A stretch of 63,899 bases of DNA, counting the filler, from Octopus bimaculoides (lineage: Eukaryota): assembly GCF_001194135.2 (NCBI RefSeq). It is 6 parts of 5 records of this genome, joined end to end, with 100 filler letters (N's around TTAATTAATTAA, not from the genome) between each part and the next. Parts side by side here need not be neighbours in the genome. Positions count along the whole stretch, not along the records: positions 1 to 30,842 come from NC_068996.1; 5 more parts are not named here. One strand, written 5' to 3'. Shown here one piece after another: positions 1 through 11,940 of this stretch. How positions within the stretch are numbered: position 1 is the first letter of the stretch; every line of letters starts with the position of its first letter. The notes beneath the pieces were generated by a model that saw only the letters and a list, made by a program, of their open reading frames with translations, was not told where the DNA came from and ran no database searches. Position numbers and translations under genes: made by a program.

Positions 1-266
1 TTATCTTACGATATTTACTTTACTTTATATTCTACTCATTTATTGTGCTTTTAAATATAAATTTTTCTATATGTGATACTGGATTTTCATCGATGAGTTC
101 TTGAAACTGGGTTATTTTTCCTAAAACTATATATTTTATATATATTTTATCTATAAAGCTCAATTTAATTTTAATTTTTTATAAATTGATTTTAATTGAG
201 TTTTTACCTGTAATTTGGATTTTGTCCCTAATATTATTATATATATATATATACACAAACACACAT

Positions 267-309
<43 letters not shown>

Positions 310-312
<3 letters not shown>

Positions 313-1550
313 GGTTCATAAGATATTTGAGGACAGATTTATGTTTATAAAAAACAGATATATAATAATAGATAATAACTTTATTTATCAAAAGAATGTT
401 ATGAGGATAAAATTAAACCTTTTCTATAACATTATTCAAAAAAGCCACCTTCAGATTCAACAACTGCTTCTATATAAGACCTAAATCATCTCCATGCTCG
501 AATCAAGTGGTCCTGGTTCATTTTGGACATTACTCTGACTATGGCAGCTTTTAAAGAACCTTTGGTGTTATGGCAGGTTCACTGACCTCTCTCTCAACAG
601 TGCTTCACACATGTAATTGTCCAATGGATTGAGATCTGGGGAATTAGAAGGCCAAATGTTAGGAGTTATGCGAAAATGAAAATTTTCACCCATCCATTCC
701 TGTGTTACTAGAGCCATGTGTGATAGTGCAGTCTTGCTGAAAAACATATGGCCTTCCATTGCATACACTGTCTACCCAGGGCTTCACAATTATTTCTAGG
801 ATCTCAATATAGGTGGCACAGTTAACTCCAAAGCCTTCTGGAAAGAAGTAAAGAGGCATCGCATGTTCTTCATTGCTGACAACCCCTAAAACCATGACAG
901 GTGCAGGAAATTTTGTTTCCATAACACTTGGAACTTCAGAAGGGTCTGCATATAACCATCTGTCATGCTTTCTGCTAACTTTTTGATCTTGTTTGAGAAA
1001 AGCTAAATCAAATCTTCTTCTGCTGGATTTTTCAGTTTGTTTAAGAACCTTTTAGATTTGATGTAGTGATTTTCTTTTGATTTTTCTAACATAAATTGAC
1101 CTTTCATCATCACATAAAAATCTGATGTTTTTGTGGACAACATTTCTGACCGTTCTTTCTGACTCATGGAGATTTTTTGCAATTGATCTCTTGGACTTTC
1201 TAGGATTGTAATCAATGGTCTGTTGAACTTGCTGGATAATGTCAGGTGTTCTGATGGTTTCAGAACATTTAGAATACTTTTTATGTTTTGATACTGGTAA
1301 TACGTTTCCATCTTCAGTCTCCAGCTCCTTACAAACTTTGTAGGTGAAAGATCTGGCAACTTTTAAAAATAGAGATATTTCTAAATCACTATACTCAGCC
1401 TTTATAACCACAATAACATCATACCTCTTCATTTTTTGAGTAAGCTGAGGGTCTGCCATTATTATTTTCTGAAACAATGATTATACAGAGTGAGCAAAAT
1501 ATTCATCAATGACCAAAAAAGGTATGTCCTTAAATACCTTACGCACCCTG
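310..1550 (-). mobile_element. Tc1/mariner DNA transposon, DD37D (maT-like), decayed full-length copy
   Basis: TIRs CAGGGTTCATAAGATATTTGAGGAC (310) and GTCCTTAAATACCTTACGCACCCTG (ends 1550, then TA). Minus-strand ORFs 1052-1477, 686-922 and 568-768 give an HTH region, VMVLGVVS, FQQD and WPSNSPDLNPLD. There are 37 residues between the second and third catalytic Asp after correcting one frameshift. Confidence 0.9.
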
Positions 1551-2787
1551 TATATAGGTATATATATCTGAATAAGGAGCACACTCTGAAGAATTCTTTT
1601 GGGGGTATGACCAGACTTTAACTTTAGTGATTTAATATATATATATATATATATTAGCAATGCATCTCAGAATTGCCTGGGTGTTATGACCTACAGCTAC
1701 ATTGTATTATTTGTTCCTTTCTTATGGGCAGAATCTGCACAGCTGATATATAGTTAATGGCATAATGAAAGTTATTGTTTGTTTAAAAGTGAAGGAGGAG
1801 GGTACAATTTGCATGAGTTTGCATGAAAGTGCTTTCTATTCTTAAGAAGGATCACAAACTATGTATTGTCTCATCATATAAAAGGGGGTTAATACGATTT
1901 TGTCTAGAAATCATGTTTTCAAAATTTTAATTTCCGTAGAATTCTACTGAAATAGCAGATGTAAAAAATACCAGACCACCATCAGTAAACCCGACATGCT
2001 AGAAACAAGAGGTAAACGACATTATTTCTGAAGAAACTTCTCTGCTTTCCAAAAAGCTAAAAGTGAAATATTGAGAGTATGTAGGTTTTTGAAAGCGGTG
2101 ATGTGATAGGTAAAATTCTTAAAGATTCATACTCTCTGTTTTTGGTCCATGGATTACCAAGAAAAAAATCTGAAAAAAGTAAAAAATGAATTTTGTGAGG
2201 AGAGGGACAAAATTAAAATATTGAGAACGTATTTTGTGGGTGAAATCCTTATCTCCTGTATCACAAACATAGGAATCGGAAGAAATTTAGGAAAAAAATA
2301 AGGCAAAAGGAGAGGAATTGTCAACTCGGACACGCTAGAAAGAAGAAGTAAAGGACAGGGTTTCTGGGAAAACTTCCTTTTCAGTTTATATCGAAGATCA
2401 GGTTTTTAAATACGCTCATCACAAACACAAATTACAGAATAGAAAAAGATCATTTCAGTTGGATTTGAGCTGTAAATATGCACATGCACATAGCAAGAAA
2501 TAACATAATTCGTACAGAAGTTTTACCTAGAGTGTGTGTATGTGTGCGAGCATGTGTGTATGTGTGCGAGCATGTGTGTATGCATGTGTGTGTCAAAGGA
2601 AGTTATTTTATGGCATTTTTTCATTTTGAAGAAGCAAAATTGTCAACTTGATTATATGGGATCATATGATTGTTCGTTAATTTCCATAAAAATTTTAAAA
2701 TTTCTTTATGCTTTGAAGAGAGCAGAAATTGAAAGAGAGGAAAAAGTGAAAAGGTGACACGTGCTTTGAAGTGAGAGCAGAAAGTGG

Positions 2788-2849
<62 letters not shown>

Positions 2850-3597
2850 GTGAGTGAGTGGAAGTGTGTGTTGTAATATATGAATTTTTTTGTATGTATA
2901 TGTAAGTGGTACTCACTCACTCTCTCTCTCTCTCTCTCACGCACACACATTATCTTTCATATACACGTATATAAATAGGCGGAGGTAAAGAATACACACA
3001 CCACCCTAACTCTAACCCTAAACCCTAACCACCAGGTGTGCCTATTCTTTACCTTCGCCCATAAATACATATGCATACATCTTTTTGGGGCGCATATGTG
3101 TGTGTGTATGAGAGAGAGAGAGAGAGAGAGTAACTGTATTTCCTCATATCATATAGGGAAATGGATGTCTTTTAATTAATTTTTTTAGGTTGTGGCTTAT
3201 TTTAATACAATATTTATGTGTACATTTTCATAAATGGTTGCCTGGGTAGAATTCTACGCATACATGAACCATTGGACGAAAGTGAAACATTAGAAGAAAA
3301 TCGAAATATTGTCTGAAAATGAACTCAAAATTGTATGACCCAACCTAATTTCCGAGGTTATTTTAGTTGTAAAAAAGAGTTGTTGTGCCGAAAACATAGT
3401 TTATTTAGTAGATAGATAATAAGCAGCTTTCTTTATTATAACACAGATGTGACTAATTCGGATAAACAATACTCTCATTATTTACGCATCGTCACTCTCG
3501 TAATGCAACACTGTCATTTTGGTTCAAATTGAAAATGTGAAACTATTTTCACTTTCTAATGAAACCTGGTCGTTGTAGAGCAGTGTATTTCAAATAA

Positions 3598-3950
3598 CTA
3601 TAGTTGGTTGATGAGATAACGTACAAAATATGTAAATGAAAATAATTTATTTGATATGTATAACTGATTTGATTGTTCTGATATTAACATCAGTTGGTAA
3701 GAATAAAAGCCATTTGACGACACCTTTTTGTTTGTAATTGGCTCTTCTGTTGCAGGTTCAATCCGTGGAATATTGAAGTGATACTCATCTTGTCCATTCC
3801 ACAGAATAAGAGAATACTGGAGAGCATCATAAGAGGGATGAGTCTGTGAAACACATTTAAGGTTGTTATCTCGAGCATGAATGAGCACATCACGGTTTTC
3901 ATGGGGATCACCTACCATAAGGATGGTTACTTCATTAGGTGTGGGCTTAT
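3598..3950 (-). pseudogene. Helitron Rep/helicase N-terminal fragment
   Basis: ORF 3598-3918 reads RDVLIHARDNNLKCVSQTHPSYDALQYSLILWNGQDEYH...KKVSSNGFYSYQLM, matching the HxxYDALQYPL..G.DG motif of Helitron Rep proteins. A degenerate 3' end (ATTAGCAA...CTCAGAATTGCCTGGG) may lie near 1653-1683. Confidence 0.8.
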
Positions 3951-4741
3951 TAAAACAGCGTAAAATGTTCTTTACTATAGTTTACTATAGACGTAATGAA
4001 CGCAGAAACATACACACGCACTCACAGATACGTACACACTCATAGAATATATAATATTGAAAACAGCAAAACGTACACACACGAAGTTCAAGCGAAACGA
4101 AATGTAGTCAGTTTAGGAGCAAAAAATACTTTCTGAAGCATAGTTATGCTATAAAAAAATGGTAAGTCACCAATTTAGCAAAAGTTAGTATGCATCACCG
4201 ATGTAAGAAGGTACAGAAAGTCAACATTTATTTGGAACATGTACTAAATGTTATAAAATTCACAATTGAATGAAGAAAGTGAAAGTCCAAGAAAATTCAG
4301 AAGGCATAATTAAAATTTTCATACAAAAATAATTTATTTTACAATTTTGAAACGAACACTGAACCAAGTGTTATAGAAAGGAATATGTTGCTGTTATGAA
4401 CGTTAATTTAAAATATTTGCTGAAGGATGTTTTTAGCAAGATATAAATTAATTTGACATTACTATATATTTTTAAGTGTGTAACGTTGGCTGTAGAATAA
4501 ATGCTGACTAATGCAGTAAAAAGGTTGTGCGACATTGATACTCACAGTGATGAAGAAGCTTAGAAGGACTGTTAAAAATGTCTTGAAACTGGTTGGAAGG
4601 AGTGGAATAAGATTTCTGAGGCTTTCTACTTCGCCAAGTTTCCGAATTTGTTATAATAACCAGAATAACATTTTTTTTTCTTTTTCAGATATAGTTGCGA
4701 GTATTGTGAGTGCTGTCAAATCAGCCAAATTTTCATGTTGG

Positions 4742-6434
4742 TACCATGTTTACCCCAAAATAAGACCCGGTTTATATAAAAAAAAAAACGCACTAGGGCT
4801 TATTTTCGGGAGATGTCTTATATTTTTGCGGAAAAAATCCAAGAATGACAAAAAAAAGTCTTATGTCCTCGTGTAAAAGGAGAAAATTGTAAAAAAGAAA
4901 CCCATGTTTTTAGTTATCAAAGGTTTACTTATTTGCTTATTGTTTTTAGTCAAGGACAAACATTTCATCCTCTTCTGGAACATCGTCATAAATCATCGAA
5001 ATTCTGAACTTCAGACTGAATTTCTTGCAAATCCATTTCCTGTAGAATCATGGACTCCAATCTCTCATATTTGGTAATATAACTTTCCTTAAATGAACAC
5101 TTTTTGTCCAAGTACCCTGCTCATAATGCATTGGCAACGCAACTATCGGTAATTTTATTCCATGAATTCTTCACCCAATTCACGACTTCTTGACAAAGTT
5201 TCCATGCTGATTTCTCTCCATTCTATGTTCGATATATCCATTCACTTCCATCCGAAAATAATCCTTGAAGGGCTTGTTTATTACAAGATCTAATGTTTGT
5301 AGATACGAAGTCATTCCCACGAGAATTATTATGTGATCAATTCTTCTTTCAAAAAAGAAGGTTTTCATATCTTTTGTGCGATGAGTACTGGCTGAATCGC
5401 AGACTAAAAGACCCCTTTGAGAACCACGTAAAACAAGTGGCATAGTTAAATCAACCCATTTTCTTGTATGCACCAAGCCTTTTCCGTTTCAAGGACATAA
5501 ATGCCCGAAACTTGTTCTATTTTCTCTTTTTTGCCCTTTGTGATTATAAGCGGTGGGACTTTTGTTCCATCCAGACGAATTGCTAAAATACAAGTAACTC
5601 TTGAACTTACGTAACCCGTTGAGGCAACATAGATTGACGAGGCATCTGTCTGTTCAACTGTCGTTGTAGATCTTTGGTCCACAGTCTCATCCATAACAAT
5701 TATATTGGAGAGATTGTATTTAGAAAAGTCGATGCCATCAACGAAGGACATGAATGCAAGTGCACGTTGAATCACTTCAGCATCCTCTAACTTGAGCAGT
5801 GTTGTCGATCTTCTTAGAAAGAGCTCATATCACTGAAAGAAGTTATCCAACCAATGAGGTGAGGCTTTGAATATCTCTGGGAATATATATCCAACTGTGG
5901 TGCCTTTGCAAGAGCAAATTCTTGAATATCAGCCCTGCATACAACCAAAGCCTTTGTTCTTCAGTCAGCAATCCATCCTGAGGTGATGTCTTCCAGCTCC
6001 GAAAATAATGGTTGTCGACCTGATCCACACTTGCGCTTCTTAGCACTTCCCTCATCCACTTGTCTGCTGAGATCGTACTCCGCTCGCCATTTTCGAACTA
6101 TTCGGAGATTCAACATCTTCTCCTTACAAGAAGCCGTAAGATTCTTTTTATGTGACTCTCCCACAATTCCTTTCTTGTACTCCATGGAATAACTCTTTCT
6201 TTTTGCATTCCTCTTGCCCGAGGGACAAGGGAGTCAACTCCGTGCATGCGCGCTTAGCATAGACTTTAGCCAAGCTGGTGTAGTTGGTTTATTTTGCAAA
6301 TATCACATGGTCTTGTTAACAAGCTGATGCATCTTTGACTAGGTCTTATTTTCGGGGTAGGACTTGTATTAAAAACATCCTAAAAAATCATGATAGGGCT
6401 TATTTTCGGAGCAGATCTTATTTTCCGGACGGTA
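4742..6434 (-). mobile_element. pogo/Tigger-type DNA transposon (CENP-B HTH plus DDE_1 transposase), decayed
   Basis: TA-flanked TIRs TACCATGTTTACCCCAAAATAAGACC (4742) and GATCTTATTTTCCGGACGGTA (ends 6434). Broken minus-strand ORFs 5961-6185, 5446-5775 and 5180-5476 contain NIIVMDET, RVTCILAIRLDGTKVPPLII, LLVCDSASTH and TSYLQTLDLVINKPFKD. Confidence 0.9.
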
Positions 6435-6984
6435 GTACTTCAAAGTGAATGCTGTTGCTCATTTAAAGTCCAGACCACAACTAAACTAAACTGTTTCAAA
6501 ATCAGCGCTTTTCACTGTTGGGGAGAGGGGTAAGATCACATATATATACTAAGACACACACACACAGACTTACATTAACGCACACCTCAAGCCTATCTCT
6601 GTACCTGTGTGTGTCTGTCTCAGACTTTAGATGTGTGTGTGTGTCAGTCGTCACAAAAATGTATGTATACTGACAGACACATATGCCGTCACACACATAT
6701 ACTTGTCAGTCATCGGCCTAACATATGTAACGGACGCGCAAACCCACTCATATAGAAAATATGACGCCATCGTTGTTATGGTGGTGGTATAAAATGTTGT
6801 TTACGATAGGTGCCTAAAAGAAAAATTATAATGTTAAATTTTTGTAATGCAAATGTGTGAATGAAAATAAAGTTTAGTTGGTTGCTGAAAGCTTACTGAA
6901 TCTTTTGATACCCCATACGCCAAAATCGGCAACTCGGTTTTGGAATGCATAAGGAACATACGCACAGACACACACAAACTCTCT

Positions 6985-7020
<36 letters not shown>

Positions 7021-7029
7021 TATATATAT

Positions 7030-7315
7030 GATCAAAAGAATCAACTTGCAAGGTACCTGTAAAAACCACTCATGTTGGTGTCATGTAGTACCAGTTCCAC
7101 ACAACAGTGCTTGTGCCAGTGGAAAGCTAAAAGCATCCAGTACACACTCTGTAAAGTGGTTGGCATTAGGTAGGGCATCCAGCCATAGAAACCAAGCCAA
7201 AAGAGTTGGCTGGAACCTGGTGCAGCTTTCCAGTTTGCCAACTCTGGTCAAATCATCCAACCCATGCCAGCATGGAAAACAGACATTAAAGGATGATGAT
7301 GATGATGATGGTAGT
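7030..7315 (+). mobile_element. RTE LINE 3' UTR fragment with (GAT)n tail
   Basis: Same sequence as the 3' UTR attached to RTE ORF ends at 23850-24510 and 35060-36150 (…CATGCCAGCATGGAAAA…GACATTAAA then GATGATGAT). Confidence 0.7.
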
Positions 7316-7392
7316 GGTGATGCTATGAGATACATAGAGCTAGACAACACACTCTAGTGTTTGCGCTAAACTTAAAATAGCATCTTTTTTTA

Positions 7393-7960
7393 TCCTTTTT
7401 TTTATCTTGTTTCAGTCATTTGACTGTGGTCATACTGGAGCACTGCCTTGAAGAGTTTTAGTTGAACAAATCGACCCATAATTTTTTTTTTTTTTTTAAG
7501 ACTAGTACTTATTGTATCAATTCCTTTTGCTGAACCGCTAGATTATGAGGTATAAACACACCAGCATCGGTTGTCAAGTGGTGGTGGAGGACAAACACAA
7601 GCACAAAATCACACACACATAATATATATACGACGGGCTTCTTTCAGTTTCCATCTACCAACTCCACTCACAAGGCTTTGGTCGGCCCGAGGCTATAGTA
7701 GAAGACACTTGCCCAAGGTGCCACGCAGTGGGACTGAGCCCAGAACCATGTGGTTGGTAAGCAAGCTAGTTACCACACAATGCATATATTCGAAGGGCTA
7801 CCTTTTAGTTTCCATCTACCAAATCCACTCACAAGGCTTTGGTCGGCCCGGGGCTATAGTAGAAGACACTTGACCAAGGTGCCATGCAGTGGGACTGAAC
7901 CTGGCACCATGTGGCTGGAGAGCAAGCTTCTTACCACACAGCTACGCCTGCGCCTGTGCC
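7393..7960 (-). mobile_element. tRNA-derived SINE (family A) with a duplicated head
   Basis: The minus strand reads GCGTAGCTGTGTGGTAAGAAGCTTG…GGTTCAGTCCCACTGC (A/B-box-like), then a body ending AGTCAAATGACTGAAACAAG. The head occurs twice (about 7625-7780 and 7795-7960). Many copies elsewhere in the window. Confidence 0.85.
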
Positions 7961-7961
7961 T

Positions 7962-8003
<42 letters not shown>

Positions 8004-8216
8004 CTATGACACACATAGAGCCAAACAAAGCACTCTAGTGTATATGCTAATCTTAAAATAGTATTAGACATTTGAAATTCTTAATATGGGAAAGAAAGAA
8101 ACATTTATCTGGACATAAACTCAAGTTTGTCTTCTTAAAAAGTGGTTGTGGGACAAAACTCTCAGCAAGAGAGGCAGTTCTAAGGCTTTGGTATTTTTCA
8201 GTTTGAAATTTAAACT

Positions 8217-8240
8217 TAACCCTAACCCTAACCCTAACCT
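8217..8240 (-). repeat. Short interstitial telomere-like (TTAGGG)n tract
   Basis: TAACCC TAACCC TAACCC TAACCT on the + strand. A similar degenerate tract lies at about 3004-3030. Confidence 0.6.
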
Positions 8241-8823
8241 AGGCAGAACAGATGGTTTGTGGCTTATTCATCTTCAAATATTCAGTGGGAAGAGGTAAAA
8301 ACAATCTGTGCTATGTCTGAATTTCGAGGGAGGGGCGTTTCTTCTTAGCCCCCATTCCTCCTGTCTTTTTACTCATTCTCTTCATCAGTCCACATAAGCA
8401 GCTTTAAAACCAGCATCAATACCATCAGCCAGGGCTTTTCTTTAGCTCTCTTCCCCTCTCGTCCCCTCCCGCCTCCTCGTCCCCCATTCATTCAACAACT
8501 AGGTTTTTATATAGGACACTTTCAGATTCCCTCCTATTTTAACTTCTAACTGTGTTGTCATTGCAACCATTCACTTCCCTCCTCATCTTCATGTCTCAGA
8601 ACTTCACTCAGTTTTTCTCACAATCTTTTTCTATAGTTTTCTTCCCATCTGCCTTCTGTCTCATGTCCCTTCCCACTATGTCTAGCAGCCTGCCTGTCTC
8701 TGTCTGTCTGACAGTCACTCTCTCTCTCTCTCTCTCTCTGACATATTTCAACTGTCACAAACATTTTAACTAACCTAAAAGTTTGCTTATGCCTAAACAC
8801 TGCTTGGTGCTGATATTACAGTA

Positions 8824-8885
<62 letters not shown>

Positions 8886-8949
8886 AGATTGACCGTTGAC
8901 TGAACACTATTCAATTTTTTTTCTCGTGTTTTTCTCCTTGTCTCCGTAT

Positions 8950-8986
8950 TCTTTCTGTTGAAGAGCATAGCTCGAAACGTTAAAGA
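8950..8986 (+). ncRNA. Minimal type I hammerhead ribozyme-like motif in a short (TA)n-adjacent element
   Basis: TCTTT-CTGTTGA-A-GAGC(ATA)GCTC-GAAA-C-GTT-AAAGA. Stem I is TCTTT/AAAGA, stem II is GAGC/GCTC, stem III is the palindromic ACGT and the cleavage triplet is GUU. The core reads CUGUUGA rather than CUGANGA. Confidence 0.65.
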
Positions 8987-9189
8987 CTTTCCGTATTCCC
9001 GAGCGTCATACTAATACATCCTTTTGTTGTTTACACCACCTGTCCTCATCTGTTGTTTTTTTGTACATTCTCCCATATATACATACATACATACATATAT
9101 ATATATATANNNNNNNNNNNNNNNNNNNNNNNNNNNNNNNNNNNNNNNNNNNNNNNNNNNNNNNNTATATATACCGGAGTATATTTCTG

Positions 9190-9224
<35 letters not shown>

Positions 9225-9519
9225 AATATGTAGGGTTTAGTTCCCTGATGATTTAAACCAATAAGTATGCAGAATAAGTGCTTATAATCGGTTGTTCGTT
9301 AGGTTCCAAGTTCACAGCCGAGGCTGGAACCAGGGTCTGTAGTTGGCTTCCAAGTCAGCAGGTATATATTAAAGGAAAAAGAAAACAAAACCAAGGTAGG
9401 ACAAGCATCTCAGGTCATTTAGAATATTTAATTAAAGTACATGTGTATGTTTTATTTGTGTATGTATATACATATATATATACATATATATTATATATGC
9501 AAATATATATATATAAAAG

Positions 9520-10140
9520 AAATTGTGCTCAGTACAACTTGATGTCATCTGCATATTTCAACACTGTAACATTTCTCAAGTTAGCATCTATGTCATTAGT
9601 ATATGCAACAAACAGTAGGGGTTTGAGAATGGATCCCTGTAATACACCAGATGTTGTAGGATGAAGAGTGATGTTCTAGAACCATAACTACCTCTTTCCA
9701 ACTGAGAATGAAGGACTTCAGCCAGTTATAGAGGTCATCTTTCACACCCATTGCAGAGAGTTTTGCCATGAATCATTTGTGTTGCACAGAATTGAAGGCT
9801 TTAGCAAAGTCAAGGTAGATAACATCTACCCATGAGCCATCATCAGTAACTCGGGTGATGTCCTCAAGAAATTTGATGAGTTGGTTACAACAGCTGGAAT
9901 TAGGGATAAATCCAAAATGTGAGGGTCAAATAAGGCTGTGAGAGCTCCAAAAGTTTTGGAGTGTTTCTCTGACACAGGACTCCATCAGTTTGGTGATGCA
10001 GCTAGTAAGACTGACTGGACAGTAGTTGACAGGTGATATGCAATCACTTTTTATGAACAGGGGAACGACACTGGGAATTTTCCTTTCATGCAGGCAAGGA
10101 TTAAACACCCAACTCCTGCTTTTCAGGTAAACATCTGGGC
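9520..10140 (-). pseudogene. CR1-clade LINE reverse transcriptase fragment
   Basis: Minus strand reads PVNYCPVSLTSCITKLMES…(Q/H)FGFIPNSSCCNQLIKFLED…VDVIYLDFAKAFNSV, which are RT subdomains 1-3 of CR1/L2 type. Confidence 0.85.
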
Positions 10141-10640
10141 ATTGGGTACCTTTTTCCTTGGATACTATCAACACATATCCAAGGAAATACATTGGCTGCA
10201 CAGGAAATTCCTTTAAGAAACATGTTTCCAACCATATATCCTCCTTCAGGATCCCAGAAAGGAGATGCATAACATCGGTCACCAGCCATGCCTGGCAACT
10301 AAAGGAAGATGGAATTCCACACTCGATCAGATGGAAAATCCTCGAGCGCCCAGGTCCCTACATCAATGGAACAAAATGCTGAAAGCTATGCATGGCCACA
10401 CACAAGGAAATCCTGAAAAACTCACACATACCAGAGCCATATTGAACTCCAGAATGGATATTTTCAAGCCATGCTTGCATTTTAGATTTCTGCTGGTGTT
10501 TTGGGAACTGCATAATAGTGATAATAGTGATAATATCCAAACTAACAGTGGCCAGAAGTTGATTGCTGATAGGAGAGAAAGATAACCTTCTATTGTTTAC
10601 CCTCATAGCTGAAAGATGGCGAAATGACCGGAAGCTGATA
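10141..10640 (+). mobile_element. Penelope-like element relic, GIY-YIG endonuclease C-terminal part
   Basis: ORF 10158-10382 reads KYIGCTGNSFKKHVSNHISSF…WQLKEDGIPHSIRWKILER…YINGTKC, followed by LNSRMDIFKPCLH. This is the YIG/Cys/His pattern of Penelope endonucleases. It abuts the CR1 RT fragment. Confidence 0.8.
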
Positions 10641-10900
10641 GCCAGTAACAAAGGCAGATAATCCCCTTGTTTACATCCATATCATTTCCCCGTCTATATT
10701 TGGTCATAGGCCAACAGGTCTTAGGGTCTGAAGATATGGAATAAAGGTACCCTTTATGGTGAGAAACCCAGAGTAACCCTATAAACCGGCCTTCACCAGT
10801 AATAATATAGACTGCTCTACTTCTTAGAGTGTGCTTCTTCTCCGAATTTATGTTTTGCTAAAAATTGATGTGTGTGTGTATGCACATATGTATATATATT

Positions 10901-11042
10901 TATAATTGTTAAAGAGTACAACAAACATTAATGCAAGGCAAACATCTCAAGTCGTATACAATATTATTATAAGAAGAAATATTGTATACAACTTAAGATG
11001 TTTGCCTCGCCTTAATGTTTGTTGTACTCTTTAACAATTATA
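10901..11042. repeat. Fold-back palindrome (hairpin MITE-like) with about 65-bp arms and about 12-nt loop
   Basis: TATAATTGTTAAAGAGTACAACAAACATTAATGCAAGGCAAACATCTCAAGTCGTATACAATATT followed by its reverse complement with 4 mismatches, flanked by TA repeats. Confidence 0.9.
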
Positions 11043-11181
11043 TATCCATTGAATCAGAAATCTGCAATGGCTCTGTAACTACCAGTATAACCTTAGAGCC
11101 CTAGTAATCTGTTACAACATGTACCTAGTGGTTTAGATCACCTGTGAACTAAACCCCCATACTTTGCATATATACACACAC

Positions 11182-11222
<41 letters not shown>

Positions 11223-11245
11223 AAGTCTATACTTTGTATATATAT

Positions 11246-11286
<41 letters not shown>

Positions 11287-11296
11287 NNNNNNNNNN

Positions 11297-11340
<44 letters not shown>

Positions 11341-11343
<3 letters not shown>

Positions 11344-11940
11344 ATCATTCCACTTTTCTCCTCCTTTGCACGGCCACACCTTGAATACTGCTGCCCCTTG
11401 TGGTCTCCCCATACAGAACAAAACTTTTCGAGGATTGAATCACCCCAGATGGCACTCACTGAACGAATTGAAGGCATGACTGAGCTTGATTACTGGGACC
11501 GACTTAAAGCCTTGAAGCTCTACTCTCTCCAGCGCCGCCGCCGCGAGCGGTACATCATTTGCACGATGTGGAAAATATACCGCCAGCATTGCCCAAACGA
11601 CCTGGATGTTACTTTCAAGGTTCATCCAAGGTTGGGACCACGGGCCATACGTCCCCTGCCCAATTTAGGATCACAACATATAGGTACACTGCGGCATAAT
11701 TTCTTTTCCTCAACAGGCCCTGCCCTGTTTAACATTGTCCCGAAACAGATACAAGAGGAAAAGGATCCTATCAGCTTTAAACAGAGTCTAGACAGATTTC
11801 TTCAAGGAATACCAGACAAGCCACCCATACCTGCATACAACTCACTCAATAAGAACTCACTACTTGACTTAAAAAGGATTTAGATAATCCTATCAGGTGG
11901 TGCTATTAAGTTAGACATGGCCTGGACCAATCTTTGGTCG
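11341..11940 (+). pseudogene. CR1-clade LINE ORF2 3' end
   Basis: Stop-free RPHLEYCCPLWSPH…DYWDRLKALKLYSLQRRRRERYIICTMWK…FFSSTGPALFNIVP…FKQSLDRFLQGIPDKP. The ORF 11164-11883 start upstream is only (TA)n read-through. Confidence 0.9.

Noticed and set aside
11164-11340. Long ORFs rich in YI, CV, HT, SL, RE or poly-E/K/D throughout the ORF track
   Set aside because: Translations of (TA)n, (TG)n, (CA)n, (TC)n and (GAA)n microsatellites and N gaps, not genes.
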